Positions 22,069-32,255 of a stretch of 64,000 nt of DNA are shown in pieces. The stretch is from an uncultured bacterium (GTDB lineage Bacteria > Cyanobacteriota > Cyanobacteriia > CAZCXK01), in NCBI GenBank assembly GCA_964502605.1, contig CAZCXK010000011.1, positions 1,053 through 65,052 of the forward strand, read 5' to 3'. Under the pieces are notes generated by a model that worked only from the letters and a program-made list of their open reading frames with translations, searched no databases and was not told the origin of the DNA. Every line of letters begins with the position of its first letter. Position 1 is the stretch's first letter. The position numbers and the translations under genes were made by a program.

Positions 22069-22434
22069 ATGGGACTAAACGTTATAACTTTGGTTGGCCG
22101 AGCCGGACGAGATCCTGATGTCAAATATTTTGAGTCTGGAAGTGTCGTGTGCAATTTGACGCTTGCGGTTGATCGGCGACGGCGAAATAATGATGAACCG
22201 GACTGGTTTAACCTGGAAATTTGGGGGAAAACAGCTGAAATTGCGGCTAATTATGTGCGTAAAGGCAGTCTGATTGGCGTCAGCGGCTCTCTCAAGATGG
22301 ATCATTGGCAGGATCGAGCAACCGGAACTCAACGCTCGAAGCCTGTGATTCGAGTCGATCGCCTTGAGTTGTTAGGGTCAAAGCGTGACGCTGAAGCAGG
22401 TGCGGCAAGTAGCTATAGCGACGACGAATTTTAA
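22069..22434 (+). CDS. ssb: Single-stranded DNA-binding protein
   Basis: MGLNVITLVGRAGRDPDVKYF...FNLEIWGKTAEIAANYVRKGSLIGVSGSL is an OB fold. Acidic C-terminal tip ...SYSDDEF. Confidence 0.9.
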   Translation: MGLNVITLVGRAGRDPDVKYFESGSVVCNLTLAVDRRRRNNDEPDWFNLEIWGKTAEIAANYVRKGSLIGVSGSLKMDHWQDRATGTQRSKPVIRVDRLELLGSKRDAEAGAASSYSDDEF

Positions 22435-22540
22435 ATATAGAGATCTGAGAGCAATCTGCATACTGGGAACGCAAATCAAACGCAGATGTGTAATCAAGAT
22501 GGTTATATCCTTAGGGCTGCTTATCACCTTTATGGGGTCA

Positions 22541-22837
22541 TTACTGCTGTTTCGATGTCACAATTGCGGCAGCTTTTGACCAGTAATAATCGGCTTTGCC
22601 GTCTGGCTTGCCGTCTGATTCCCATAAATAGTAAGCCGTCTGCCGAATCGTCTCTTCGATTGCTTCAGTAGAGTTAGCTTGAGTGTTCCGACTCCTTGTA
22701 GCTTGCCCATCACGACGTATGGATTGAGGGGTTGAGTGAGAGTTTGTTTGGAACAACGTGCGAATCCAGTCAAACATATCGCATCTTGCCTTATTCAGAT
22801 TTTTCATCCATGCCAGCATAATGTGGGTTGGCGTCAT
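22541..22837 (-). CDS. Small hypothetical protein (DUF2934-like, ...AYYLWESDGKPDG...DYYW... motif)
   Basis: 98-aa ORF. The motif resembles DUF2934 proteins from memory. Confidence 0.4.
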   Translation of the reverse strand: MTPTHIMLAWMKNLNKARCDMFDWIRTLFQTNSHSTPQSIRRDGQATRSRNTQANSTEAIEETIRQTAYYLWESDGKPDGKADYYWSKAAAIVTSKQQ

Positions 22838-23019
22838 TCCCCCAACAGCAGGTTTTGCTTATGTTGAGACTAGCACTGCTGTCTTTAGATCAAGATGTTC
22901 TAGACTACAACGTTTAAATCTAATAAATCTGAATGCCTGAATTTGGCAGATGTTCAACCATTGATGCAAAGCCCTAATCAAAAGTATGGCCCAGAAACAT
23001 GGCTCAATTGATAACGCCC

Positions 23020-24600
23020 CTATAAGTCACGCACCATGGGATAGTATCTAGACGCAGCAAATTGAGCGCAGGCGTTGAGAAATTGCTTTGGGATATATGG
23101 GCATGTTCCCCAGTGCAGATGGAGGTAGGAGGCATGCATTTGGCCATGCTGCCACCCTTCTAAAACGGTAGGACTGTCTGCGTGATATCCCCGCATATCA
23201 TACAGGGGGTCTGCGATCGCTCCTTGCGCTTGCGAGTGCAGTGCCGAGTGATGAAACTCATGACCCCAGACAACAGTTCCAGCGATCATTAACGGGCTAT
23301 CGCGTCGTGTCGTAGCGCATCGATATCCCAGCGTAAGCTGCCGTGTCATGCTGACCTCAGCCGGAATTGCGCCAACCAGCGGCCATGAGTTACCGTCATA
23401 ATCAATCAGGCGATCGCATAGATACATTAGTCCGCCGCATTCAGCATAGACGGGCATTCCCGTTAAGATGGCTGATCTGACAGCCGCTCGGGCAGAGGCG
23501 TTGCTTGACAGCTCTTGGGCAAAAATTTCTGGAAAGCCGCCGCCCAGGTAAAGCCCACCGACATTAGGCGGCAAGGTGCGATCTGCCATCGGGCTCCAGA
23601 ATATCAATTCGGCACCCAAATGCCGTAGGAGGTCGAAATTATCAGCGTAGTAGAAGTTAAAGGCGCGATCGTAGGCGATGACAATTCGAGGGGCGACTTG
23701 GGAAATGGGCAGTTGAGGATGAGGCAACAAGGCTTTGACTGCAGCCCCGACAGAAGTCAGGGCAGACGCTGGAATAGGTGGAGCTGGAATACAGGTCTGT
23801 AAGGCGTTCAGAGTGACTGGATTGGCCGCAGTATTTAGTGTCGAGTTCTGATCGGCTCTCAATTCTTCCCCACCTTCTGCCACCTCCAGACTGACGAGCT
23901 GAGTCATGGAGTGGCGCTCAACTCGTGTTAACGGTAATAGGGTTTCCCAGTCAAACCAGGTGAGTGCCTGCGTGGCTAGGCGGTTGATGTGGGCGTCGAG
24001 TTCTGGCAATTCAGCTGTCGGAATTAGCCCCAGATGCCGACCGGGAATGGCGATGTCGTCGTGACGGCGAATAATCCCTAAGATTGGAAGGGTCGATAGC
24101 TCTAGTGCTGATTTAAGAAAGTCTAGATGGCGATCGCTCCCCACCCGATTCAGCACCAGCCCAGCCCAAGTGAGGCGAGAATCAAACGTGGTGTAGCCAT
24201 GTACCAATGCTGCGATAGAGCGCGATAACCGACTGCAATCGAGTACCAGCACCAGAGGCAGACCTAACAACCGTGCTATATGTGCCGTACTGGCCCAATC
24301 ATCGGATCGGCTGGCCCCATCAAATACTCCCATTACCCCTTCAATCACGGCAGCCTCAGCCCCTTGAACATGCTGAGCAAAGCAGGCTTGCACATAGGCT
24401 TCAGACGTCAAAACTGGATCCAGATTGCGGCAGGGGCGACCTGTGATGTAAGTGTGAAACATCGGGTCAATATAGTCCGGCCCAACCTTAAACGACTGCA
24501 TTGCCCCATCGCGAATATGACGAGACCAATACGCCAAAATGGCCATCGTGACAGTTGTCTTACCGATGCCACTGCGTTCTCCAGCAATAATTAGGGACAT
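23020..24600 (-). CDS. cobB: Cobyrinate a,c-diamide synthase (CobB/CbiA family)
   Basis: N-terminal CobQ/CobB/MinD-type ATPase (GERSGIGKTTVT...) and a C-terminal glutamine amidotransferase domain (...YAECGGLMYL...). 526 aa. Confidence 0.9.
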   Translation of the reverse strand: MSLIIAGERSGIGKTTVTMAILAYWSRHIRDGAMQSFKVGPDYIDPMFHTYITGRPCRNLDPVLTSEAYVQACFAQHVQGAEAAVIEGVMGVFDGASRSDDWASTAHIARLLGLPLVLVLDCSRLSRSIAALVHGYTTFDSRLTWAGLVLNRVGSDRHLDFLKSALELSTLPILGIIRRHDDIAIPGRHLGLIPTAELPELDAHINRLATQALTWFDWETLLPLTRVERHSMTQLVSLEVAEGGEELRADQNSTLNTAANPVTLNALQTCIPAPPIPASALTSVGAAVKALLPHPQLPISQVAPRIVIAYDRAFNFYYADNFDLLRHLGAELIFWSPMADRTLPPNVGGLYLGGGFPEIFAQELSSNASARAAVRSAILTGMPVYAECGGLMYLCDRLIDYDGNSWPLVGAIPAEVSMTRQLTLGYRCATTRRDSPLMIAGTVVWGHEFHHSALHSQAQGAIADPLYDMRGYHADSPTVLEGWQHGQMHASYLHLHWGTCPYIPKQFLNACAQFAASRYYPMVRDL

Positions 24601-24773
24601 TGAGGGACGTTACTGATACGACGCTAGGTAGAGCAGTTGGCAAAAACTGCCGTTGCCTCAGGCAGAAAATTTAGCGCAGAAACAAAATTAAGGTAAATTT
24701 GACAACACGGTACTAATATAGCGCTCACCCTTAAGTGACAGAATTAATGCCTGATTAACAGCCAAGTGTAATT

Positions 24774-25565
24774 ATGAATAGGGTGCTTAGACGCCATCTA
24801 CATCAACAACTTGAGCTACTGTACACCCTGGTATACCGAAACTTAAAGGTGCGGTATCGAGGCTCAGTGCTGGGCGTGTATTGGTCAATGCTAAACCCAT
24901 TGCTCATGACTGGGGTATATACGGCAGTCTTTGGTGCAACCTTCGCATCCTATTACGGCAACTCTATCCTTAAATATATGTTGGCTGTTTTTACAGGGTT
25001 GTCAGTCATTCATTTCTTTGCCGCTGCAACGTCGCAAGCCTTGGTCAGTATCGTCGAAAACAGAGCCCTGCTGAATAAAATCTCGTTACCCGCCAGTCTC
25101 TTTCCGGCGTCAGCCGTCGTGGCTAACGCCTTTCAGTTTGTCGTCGGCACCTTGCCCCTATTAGTCGTGCTGGCTGTGATCAATTCTCACAGTCTCGTCA
25201 CCGTCATAGCTCTTTTATGTCCGCTGTTGGCACTCACCTGCGTCAGTTTGGGGGCAGGGTTTTTACTCAGCGCCCTCTACGTGTTCTTCCGCGACCTGCC
25301 CTACTTTTATGAGATCGCTATGTATGCCCTGCGGATTGGCACGCCTGTGTTTTATCCGGCGGAAATTGTGCCTGAAAAGATTCGCGGCTTTGTCGTATGG
25401 AATCCTCTCTCTATGATTATTGAGAGCGTTCGTAACACTGTCTTATTGGCAACCCTGCCCAATATCAAACTGACGCTTGCTCTCGTAGTCAGCAGTGTCA
25501 TGGTGCTGATTGTGGGGTGGGGATATTTTCGAGTTTGGCGACATCGTTATATGGATTTGCTTTAG
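24774..25565 (+). CDS. ABC-2 type polysaccharide/O-antigen exporter permease (Wzm/KpsM-like)
   Basis: 263 aa, 6 TM helices, ...LVYRNLKVRYRGSVLGVYWSMLNPLL... is an ABC-2 signature. Confidence 0.85.
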   Translation: MNRVLRRHLHQQLELLYTLVYRNLKVRYRGSVLGVYWSMLNPLLMTGVYTAVFGATFASYYGNSILKYMLAVFTGLSVIHFFAAATSQALVSIVENRALLNKISLPASLFPASAVVANAFQFVVGTLPLLVVLAVINSHSLVTVIALLCPLLALTCVSLGAGFLLSALYVFFRDLPYFYEIAMYALRIGTPVFYPAEIVPEKIRGFVVWNPLSMIIESVRNTVLLATLPNIKLTLALVVSSVMVLIVGWGYFRVWRHRYMDLL

Positions 25566-25581
25566 GATAAATTGACTCTAA

Positions 25582-26340
25582 ATGACTATCATTCAGCTTG
25601 ATCAGGTGTGTCTGTGGCGGAGAACTCAGGAAGAGTTTTCCTATGATCTCAAAAAAACAGTGTTCTCGATTTTGGAAGGGAGCTACCGCACGGCGGTTAA
25701 GAAACTAGTTTTAGATGATATCAACGTGGCGATCGCCCCAGGTGAGCGCATTGGCATTATTGGCGCAAATGGAGCTGGGAAATCAACTCTGCTCAAAGTC
25801 ATTTGTCGCATTCTCAAACCATCCTCAGGTCGAGTCAGAATTGAGGGGGCGATCGCCCCTTTGATCGAACTGGGCGCAGGGTTTGACCCTGATTTATCTG
25901 TGATAGACAATATTGTGTTTTACGGAGTGCTTCTGGGGTTTTCTCAACGTGACATGAGACGACGGATTGATTCCATTCTTACCTTCGCCGAATTAAAGCA
26001 CGATGCTTACACGCCTCTCAAGGCGCTTTCATCAGGAATGCAGGCTCGATTGGGGTTTGCGATCGCCACCGATGCTCACCCCGACATCTTGGTCTTAGAC
26101 GAAGTGTTGTCGGTAGGGGACATCAACTTTCGCGCTAAATGTCAGCAACGGCTTGAGCAATTTTGGCATGACAACGTAGCCATCATCATGGTATCTCATG
26201 ACCTGGAAGCGATTCGAGGGTTGTGCGATCGGGTGATCTGGCTTGATCAAGGTCGCATCCGACTCATTGGGGCTGCTGACCATGTGATTAAGCTATACCT
26301 CAGTGCAGCCAATCTGTGCCCCTATGCAATGTCTAACTAA
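25582..26340 (+). CDS. ABC exporter ATP-binding protein (Wzt/KpsT-like, short form without C-terminal carbohydrate-binding domain)
   Basis: Walker A GANGAGKST, signature LSSGMQARLGFA, Walker B ILVLDEVLSVGD. Only 16 nt downstream of the permease. Confidence 0.9.
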   Translation: MTIIQLDQVCLWRRTQEEFSYDLKKTVFSILEGSYRTAVKKLVLDDINVAIAPGERIGIIGANGAGKSTLLKVICRILKPSSGRVRIEGAIAPLIELGAGFDPDLSVIDNIVFYGVLLGFSQRDMRRRIDSILTFAELKHDAYTPLKALSSGMQARLGFAIATDAHPDILVLDEVLSVGDINFRAKCQQRLEQFWHDNVAIIMVSHDLEAIRGLCDRVIWLDQGRIRLIGAADHVIKLYLSAANLCPYAMSN

Positions 26341-26742
26341 GCTGCATCTAGGTTCAGCACTCGCTTTCTGCCCATGAGAAAGATCAGGATTTTGAGCTGG
26401 AGTAAGTATCAATCAGCCTGCAGCACGCCGATCTACAAAGAGGCATCAGAATCTTAAGAAGATGTAAAGTCTATTGACTGCCTGAGCTCAATCTACGGTT
26501 GAGTAAAGGGGCTCTTTTCAACCTGCTGTTATTGCCTATTCTGGCATCAATTTACTAAACGTCACAGCAGAAGGCGGTGATTCCAGTGTTCAATCTGTCT
26601 TAACTTTCTGTTTTGACCTTGATAGCGGTGGCTATGGGTGGACTCCTGCTGACGAACCCTATCAACCGAACGCTTCATACGACACTCATCTGTGATTTAA
26701 TTTAAGATTTGTAAAGTAGCTCCTTGAGGATTGGCAGGTTCC

Positions 26743-27546
26743 ATGAAAACAGCTCTCATTACTGGTGCATCATCTGGGATTGGCGCAGCCTTTGCCCATG
26801 AGTTGGCATCACGAGGCACAGATCTAGTGTTGGTCGCGCGCTCGGGCGACCGACTGCGGGCGATCGCCACCGATTTACACCATCAGTTTGGGGGGCGTGT
26901 TGAAGTGATCGAGCAAGATTTGACGGCTCCCCATGCTGTAGACCATGTTGTTGAGACGGTGCAGCAGCTCGGGCTGACTCTGGATGGGCTGATCAACAAT
27001 GCCGGATTTGGTGACTATGGCGAATTTGGCGATCGCCCCTGTCAGCGCCAAACTGAAATGGTTCAGCTCAATGTTTTAGTCTTAGTCGAACTCACCCACA
27101 AGTTTCTGCCAATGATGCGTGATCAACAGCGCGGCAGCATTATCAACGTTTCCTCAATTGCGGCTTTTCAGCCGATGCCCTATCTGTCAGTTTATGCAGC
27201 GAGCAAAGCGTTTGTTTTGAGCTTTAGTGAGGCTCTTGGGGAAGAAAATAAACCCTATGGCATCCGCGTTTTAGCTCTTTGCCCCGGCCCAACTGACACC
27301 CGCTTCTTTGATGCAGCCCAGTTTCCATCGTCGTTTGCTCAGACTACGCCCCAACAGCTAATCACGCCAGAAGCCGTTGTTAAAGACGCGCTGCAAGCTC
27401 TAGATGATCAAGTGCCAACATGGGTCACCGGCGGATTTTTAAACCAAGTCATTGTCAATTTGCCGCGCTTTTTGCCTCGGCCAGCTCTCGTCAAAGCGAT
27501 CGCCCAACAGTTTCGCCCCCCCGCTGCATCGGCAAAGTCGGAATAA
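26743..27546 (+). CDS. Short-chain dehydrogenase/reductase (SDR) family oxidoreductase
   Basis: TGASSGIGAAFA, NNAG, S...YAASK catalytic motif. The ORF-track start at 26731 is TTG; GAGGA lies 12 nt upstream of the ATG at 26743. Confidence 0.85.
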   Translation: MKTALITGASSGIGAAFAHELASRGTDLVLVARSGDRLRAIATDLHHQFGGRVEVIEQDLTAPHAVDHVVETVQQLGLTLDGLINNAGFGDYGEFGDRPCQRQTEMVQLNVLVLVELTHKFLPMMRDQQRGSIINVSSIAAFQPMPYLSVYAASKAFVLSFSEALGEENKPYGIRVLALCPGPTDTRFFDAAQFPSSFAQTTPQQLITPEAVVKDALQALDDQVPTWVTGGFLNQVIVNLPRFLPRPALVKAIAQQFRPPAASAKSE

Positions 27547-27572
27547 TAGAAACAGAGTTTATTGCATGACAG

Positions 27573-28760
27573 ATGCCGTATCGCCCGATTTATCTTGACT
27601 GCCATGCCACCACGCCGCTTGATCCACGAGTGCTGGAGGCAATGATGCCCTTTTTTACTCGCCATTTTGGCAACCCAGCTAGCGTCACGCATCAATATGG
27701 CTGGGAAGCTGAGGCGGCTGTCCGACTGGCACGAGAGCAAATTGCCCAAGCCATTGGAGCCACCGCCGACGAGATCATATTCACCAGTGGCGCAACAGAA
27801 GCCAATAATCTGGCCATTAAGGGAGTTGCCGAAGCCTATTGCAAACGCGGACGCCATCTAGTGACAGTGGAGACAGAACACAATGCCGTGCTTGATCCGT
27901 GTCGCTATCTAGAGTCACTCGGTTTTGACGTCACTTACCTCAATGTGGGTTCAGACGGCCTGATCAACCTGAGCCAACTCGACCAAGCGCTGCGAAACGA
28001 CACGATTTTGGTTTCGGTCATGGCTGCCAATAATGAAATCGGCGTGCTACAGCCGATAGCCGAGATTGGAGCCCTCTGTCACGAGCGGGGCGTTCTCTTC
28101 CATACGGATGCGGCTCAAGCCCTTGGGAAACAAGTGCTGGATGTCAATCGCATGTCGATTGACTTGATGTCGCTCACGGCTCACAAGCTCTATGGCCCCA
28201 AGGGCATTGGAGCCCTTTACGCACGGCGGCGGCAGCCCAGAGTACAACTGGCACCCCAACTGCATGGGGGTGGACATGAGCGGGGGCTGCGATCTGGGAC
28301 GCTCTACACGCCGCAGATTGTGGGCTTTGGTCATGCAGTTGAGATTGCCCAGGCAGAACAAGACGCTGAATCTCAGCAATTGAGGACATGGCGCGATCGC
28401 CTCTGGCACCAGTTGGAGCCGTTAGGCGGAGTCATTCTCAATGGCCATCCCACGGAGCGGTTGTCTGGAAACCTCAATATCAGCGTTGAGGGGGTTGATG
28501 GGCAAGCACTCATGTTGGGATTGCAATCGGCTCTGGCGGTCTCATCAGGGTCGGCCTGTACGTCAGCAGAGATGAGCCCTTCTCATGTGCTCAAAGCGTT
28601 AGGCCGATCTGACACGCTGGCTCACGCGTCGATTCGGTTTGGGATGGGGCGGTTCAATACAACCGATGACATTGACCGAGCTGCAGAGGTGACGATCGCC
28701 ACTATTCAGACACTCCGCCTGGGCCACACTGCAGTTGACATGGCCCGATCCTTGTCATAA
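27573..28760 (+). CDS. Cysteine desulfurase (IscS/NifS family, PLP-dependent)
   Basis: ...IYLDCHATTPLDPRVLEAM..., FTSGATEANNLA, SLTAHKLYGPKGIGALY (PLP lysine), ...SSGSACTS.... Confidence 0.9.
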   Translation: MPYRPIYLDCHATTPLDPRVLEAMMPFFTRHFGNPASVTHQYGWEAEAAVRLAREQIAQAIGATADEIIFTSGATEANNLAIKGVAEAYCKRGRHLVTVETEHNAVLDPCRYLESLGFDVTYLNVGSDGLINLSQLDQALRNDTILVSVMAANNEIGVLQPIAEIGALCHERGVLFHTDAAQALGKQVLDVNRMSIDLMSLTAHKLYGPKGIGALYARRRQPRVQLAPQLHGGGHERGLRSGTLYTPQIVGFGHAVEIAQAEQDAESQQLRTWRDRLWHQLEPLGGVILNGHPTERLSGNLNISVEGVDGQALMLGLQSALAVSSGSACTSAEMSPSHVLKALGRSDTLAHASIRFGMGRFNTTDDIDRAAEVTIATIQTLRLGHTAVDMARSLS

Positions 28761-29432
28761 ATCGCCCAGCCGCGACAATGCATTCTCTGCCGCCTGCTTT
28801 TCTGCATCTTGCTTGCGACGCCCAGTGCCAGTGCCATAGACCCGTCCATGCACGATCACCTCGGCAGTAAACTCCCGTGCGTGATCCGGGCCATTTTGAT
28901 GGACGATGGCGTATTTCGGCACTTCTCTCAATTCTCGCAACGCCCATTCTTGGAATCGACTTTTAAAATTAATCTTGGGTGCCGAAATTACCAGTTCTTC
29001 AACCACTGAGTCAAACAGTGGCACCACATACGCCTGCACAGGTGTAATGTCTGAGCCAGCATCTAAAAAGTAAGCGCCAATCACAGCCTCAAATGCGCTG
29101 CTGAGTAAATTAGCGTTCTGCCGACCGCCATCTCGCTCGGCTCCTTTGCCGAGACGCAATTGAGACCCCAAATTGAGGGCGATCGCAAACTTAGCAAGCT
29201 GGGTCTCATCAACTAGGGCTGCTCTTAGTCGGGTCAGTTCTCCCTCAGGATTGTCTGGAAACCGTTGAAATAAATAGTTGCCGCTGACAAAGTTAAGAAC
29301 CGCATCTCCCAAAAATTCCAGTCGTTCATTATGGGCGATCGCGTCGGCCTGTTCATTGGCATACGATCGATGCGTCATAGCCTGCTTCAGCAACAATTGA
29401 TTTTGAAACGGAGGCAGAAGAGAATGGATCAC
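28755..29432 (-). CDS. rnc: Ribonuclease III
   Basis: RNase III signature ERLEFLGDAV, catalytic ...SAFEAVIGAYFLD..., C-terminal dsRBD. Overlaps the desulfurase stop by 6 nt (convergent). Confidence 0.9.
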   Translation of the reverse strand: MIHSLLPPFQNQLLLKQAMTHRSYANEQADAIAHNERLEFLGDAVLNFVSGNYLFQRFPDNPEGELTRLRAALVDETQLAKFAIALNLGSQLRLGKGAERDGGRQNANLLSSAFEAVIGAYFLDAGSDITPVQAYVVPLFDSVVEELVISAPKINFKSRFQEWALRELREVPKYAIVHQNGPDHAREFTAEVIVHGRVYGTGTGRRKQDAEKQAAENALSRLGDL

Positions 29433-29804
29433 AGCTTTATCAGTACTTAATACTCGTGGAGGTCTTTAAGAGCAGCCGTCTTAAAAAAATTGTCTTAGAT
29501 TGGGCTGCTGATTACCAACCTGTTAAGTCGTCATCATATTGCTTTATTGAAGATCTCCGTGAAACTCTGGTCAATCGAAGCCCTGCTGAATTATCCTTTC
29601 TACGATGTTATGCATCCTGTTAGATGGCGTTATGCATCCTATAGATGGCTATCCTCAGTGGGTTAGAGTGTTGCGATCGCTTTTACCCAAGCTAGACGAG
29701 TGTTTGGCTGGTTGCAAATGGGTTTGCTGGACGTTGTAGATTAATACAGGTAAATAGAGTTTTAAGAGTTTGGTTGATCGAAATCGGCTAGAGCACGAAC
29801 CAGT

Positions 29805-29847
29805 GGAGGAGAGGGTAGTTGCAGAGAATCTCCTCCATCTTTTTTTA
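29805..29847 (+). terminator. Strong intrinsic terminator-like hairpin on the + strand with no protein gene upstream on that strand
   Basis: GGAGGAGA-(16 nt loop)-TCTCCTCC is a perfect 8-bp stem followed by ATCTTTTTTT (7 T). Confidence 0.6.
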
Positions 29848-30042
29848 AATTTTAAAGCGTGTTCTCAGTGCGATTACCTGGTGCGATTACCTAAAATTTG
29901 CACAAATTCGGCCTGAGCGTGAAAATTCTGTCAATCTCATCAGGCAACTGCCTGGTTTAACCTTCAGTTTGTTAGGATTTAGCAGCATTTGTCTGTGGGA
30001 CTGAGCCTTGCAACGCTCCCACTCGCTTAAATATCTCGCCGT

Positions 30043-31023
30043 ATGGTAAAAACAGCTCTCATTACTGGGGTGACAGGTCAAGACGGATATTACCTGAGTC
30101 GGTTGCTGCTCCGGCATGGCTATCGAGTCGTGGGGCTGGTGCCTCCTGAGCGTCAAGGAAATGTCGTCAAGCTAGGTGATATGGCTCATCAAATTGAGAT
30201 CTATCCCGTCGCCTTGACCGATAGTAGTCAGGTGCTGCAAGCTGTTGAACACCTCCAACCTGATGAAGTATATAACTTGGCGGCTCCTAGCTTTGTGCCC
30301 GATTCGTGGCATGACCCTCTGGGCACTCTCGATTTGGTCACAGGGACGGCGACTCGCGTGTTAGATGCGATTCGTCATGTAGGGCTGTCAACCCGATTTT
30401 ACCAAGCCAGTAGTTCAGAAATGTTTGGCCAGGTTGAGCAGTCTCCCCAAGATGAAAACACGCCGTTTCGTCCTAAAAATCCTTATGCAGCAGCAAAGCT
30501 TCATGCCCATTGGACTATGGTGCATCATCGCCAACGGTATGGTTTGTTCGCCTGTAGCGGCATTTTGTTTAACCACGAATCTCCTCGTCGTCCGCCTAAC
30601 TTTGTGACGCGCAAGGTGACGCTCGCGGCAGCTTCAATCAAGTTGGGGTTGGGCGATCGCCTCGAAATGGGCAACCTTCAGGCTAAGCGCGACTGGGGGT
30701 ATGCTGGCGATCACGTCGAAGCCATGTGGCGGATGCTGCAAGCTAATAAACCTGAGGACTACGTTATTGGCACAGGACAGTTACACAGCGTTCAAGATTT
30801 GGTTGATAGCGCCTTTCGCTGCGTTAACCTCACATGGCAAGACCACGTTGTGGTTAATCCTCAGCTATTTCGACCTGATGAACATTTCCAGCTTGTGGCA
30901 AATCCTACTAAGGCTGCCAAGAATCTCGACTGGCACCCTCAAATTAGCTTTGAAGCGCTGATTGAAAAAATGGTCATTCGAGATCTGGAGCGACTAAAAT
31001 CCGGTAAAGTTGCTCCGGTATAA
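30043..31023 (+). CDS. gmd: GDP-mannose 4,6-dehydratase
   Basis: ALITGVTGQDGYYLSRLLL, ...YAAAKLHAHW... (YxxxK), ...GILFNHESPRR.... 326 aa. Confidence 0.9.
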   Translation: MVKTALITGVTGQDGYYLSRLLLRHGYRVVGLVPPERQGNVVKLGDMAHQIEIYPVALTDSSQVLQAVEHLQPDEVYNLAAPSFVPDSWHDPLGTLDLVTGTATRVLDAIRHVGLSTRFYQASSSEMFGQVEQSPQDENTPFRPKNPYAAAKLHAHWTMVHHRQRYGLFACSGILFNHESPRRPPNFVTRKVTLAAASIKLGLGDRLEMGNLQAKRDWGYAGDHVEAMWRMLQANKPEDYVIGTGQLHSVQDLVDSAFRCVNLTWQDHVVVNPQLFRPDEHFQLVANPTKAAKNLDWHPQISFEALIEKMVIRDLERLKSGKVAPV

Positions 31024-31055
31024 TCCCGATATTCGCCTGATTTTCAGGGCATGCC

Positions 31056-32255
31056 ATGAGTCATACATCAAAACCAGATTCAACTTCAAACTTGTTGGCA
31101 CCCTCATCCGATCGGGAGCCACTTATTTTTATATTCTTAGAAATTTTTGAGCGGGAAGGCGGCATTCAATCCTACGTCAAAGATATTTTTCAAGCATACT
31201 TAAATCAGCCTGATCTGCCGCAAGCGGAGATATTTTTGTTGCGAGATGGTGTGGGCTGCGTCAATCCATTTCAATCAGCTCGCCTCAATTTTCACTACTT
31301 TAAATCTCAATCGGCAGCGCTCGGGCGGATTCGTCTAGCCGCTGCATTGCTGTCTCGGCTTGTGTTCAACCGACCGCAGCATGTGTTTTGTGGTCATATA
31401 AAGCTTGCTCCGCTGGTGCAGATGCTCTGCCAGCCATTGAGGATTCCTTATACAGTCTTGACCTATGGCAAAGAAGTATGGGAACCCTTACCTGAGCGCG
31501 ATCGCCATGCCTTGGCGACTGCTGATCGCATCTGGACGATTAGCCGATATACCCGCGATCGGGCCTGTGATGCCAATCAGCTTGATCCCCAAAAGGTTGT
31601 ATTTTTGCCCTGTGCTGTTGATGGCAATGCGTTTACACCAGGACAGAAATCGCCTGATCTAATCCACCGTTACGGATTAGCAAACTCTCGAGTGTTGGTC
31701 ACTGTTGCCCGCCTGTGGTCAGGTGACATCTACAAAGGAGTCGATGTCACAATTCGAGCACTGCCGAGCATTGTTCAATCTTATCCAGATGTAAAATACC
31801 TGGTGATTGGTCGTGGGGATGATCAGCCCCGACTAACTCAGCTAGCACAGGATCTAGGCGTGGGCGATCGCGTCATATTTGCTGGTTTTGTGCCCACTGA
31901 AGACCTCGTCGAACATTATCGTCTGGCTGATGCCTATGTCATGCCCTCTCAAGAGGGTTTTGGCATTGTTTACCTTGAGGCGATGGCGTGTGGCATTCCG
32001 GTCTTAGCCGGAGATGCTGACGGCTCGGCTGACCCATTACAAGATGGCAAGCTTGGCTGGCCAGTGCCGCACCGCGATCCGGATGCTGTGGCTACGGCCT
32101 GCATCGAGATTATAGAGGGGGATGATCCGCGCTGTGATGGAGCATGGCTCCGGCAACAGGCCATAGCCGCGTTTGGCAAAGATGCGTTTGCCCAGCAGCT
32201 GCATCAACTCATCCTGGATGCCCAAGTGAGGAAATCTCTGCATCAGCCAAGTTGA
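31056..32255 (+). CDS. Glycosyltransferase family 4 (GT-B, group 1)
   Basis: C-terminal ...MPSQEGFGIVYLEAMACGIPVLAG... is the E-x7-E GT4 motif. 399 aa. Confidence 0.85.
   Translation: MSHTSKPDSTSNLLAPSSDREPLIFIFLEIFEREGGIQSYVKDIFQAYLNQPDLPQAEIFLLRDGVGCVNPFQSARLNFHYFKSQSAALGRIRLAAALLSRLVFNRPQHVFCGHIKLAPLVQMLCQPLRIPYTVLTYGKEVWEPLPERDRHALATADRIWTISRYTRDRACDANQLDPQKVVFLPCAVDGNAFTPGQKSPDLIHRYGLANSRVLVTVARLWSGDIYKGVDVTIRALPSIVQSYPDVKYLVIGRGDDQPRLTQLAQDLGVGDRVIFAGFVPTEDLVEHYRLADAYVMPSQEGFGIVYLEAMACGIPVLAGDADGSADPLQDGKLGWPVPHRDPDAVATACIEIIEGDDPRCDGAWLRQQAIAAFGKDAFAQQLHQLILDAQVRKSLHQPS

Noticed and set aside
24601-24773. Cobalamin riboswitch upstream of cobB/cbiA
   Set aside because: The divergent intergenic region is only 173 bp and lacks the B12-box consensus (..GCCACTG..) or an obvious multi-stem structure.
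29887-30156. 89-aa minus-strand ORF overlapping the gmd start
   Set aside because: Antisense to the gmd 5' end with no family resemblance. The region is better explained as the gmd promoter/5'UTR plus the orphan terminator.
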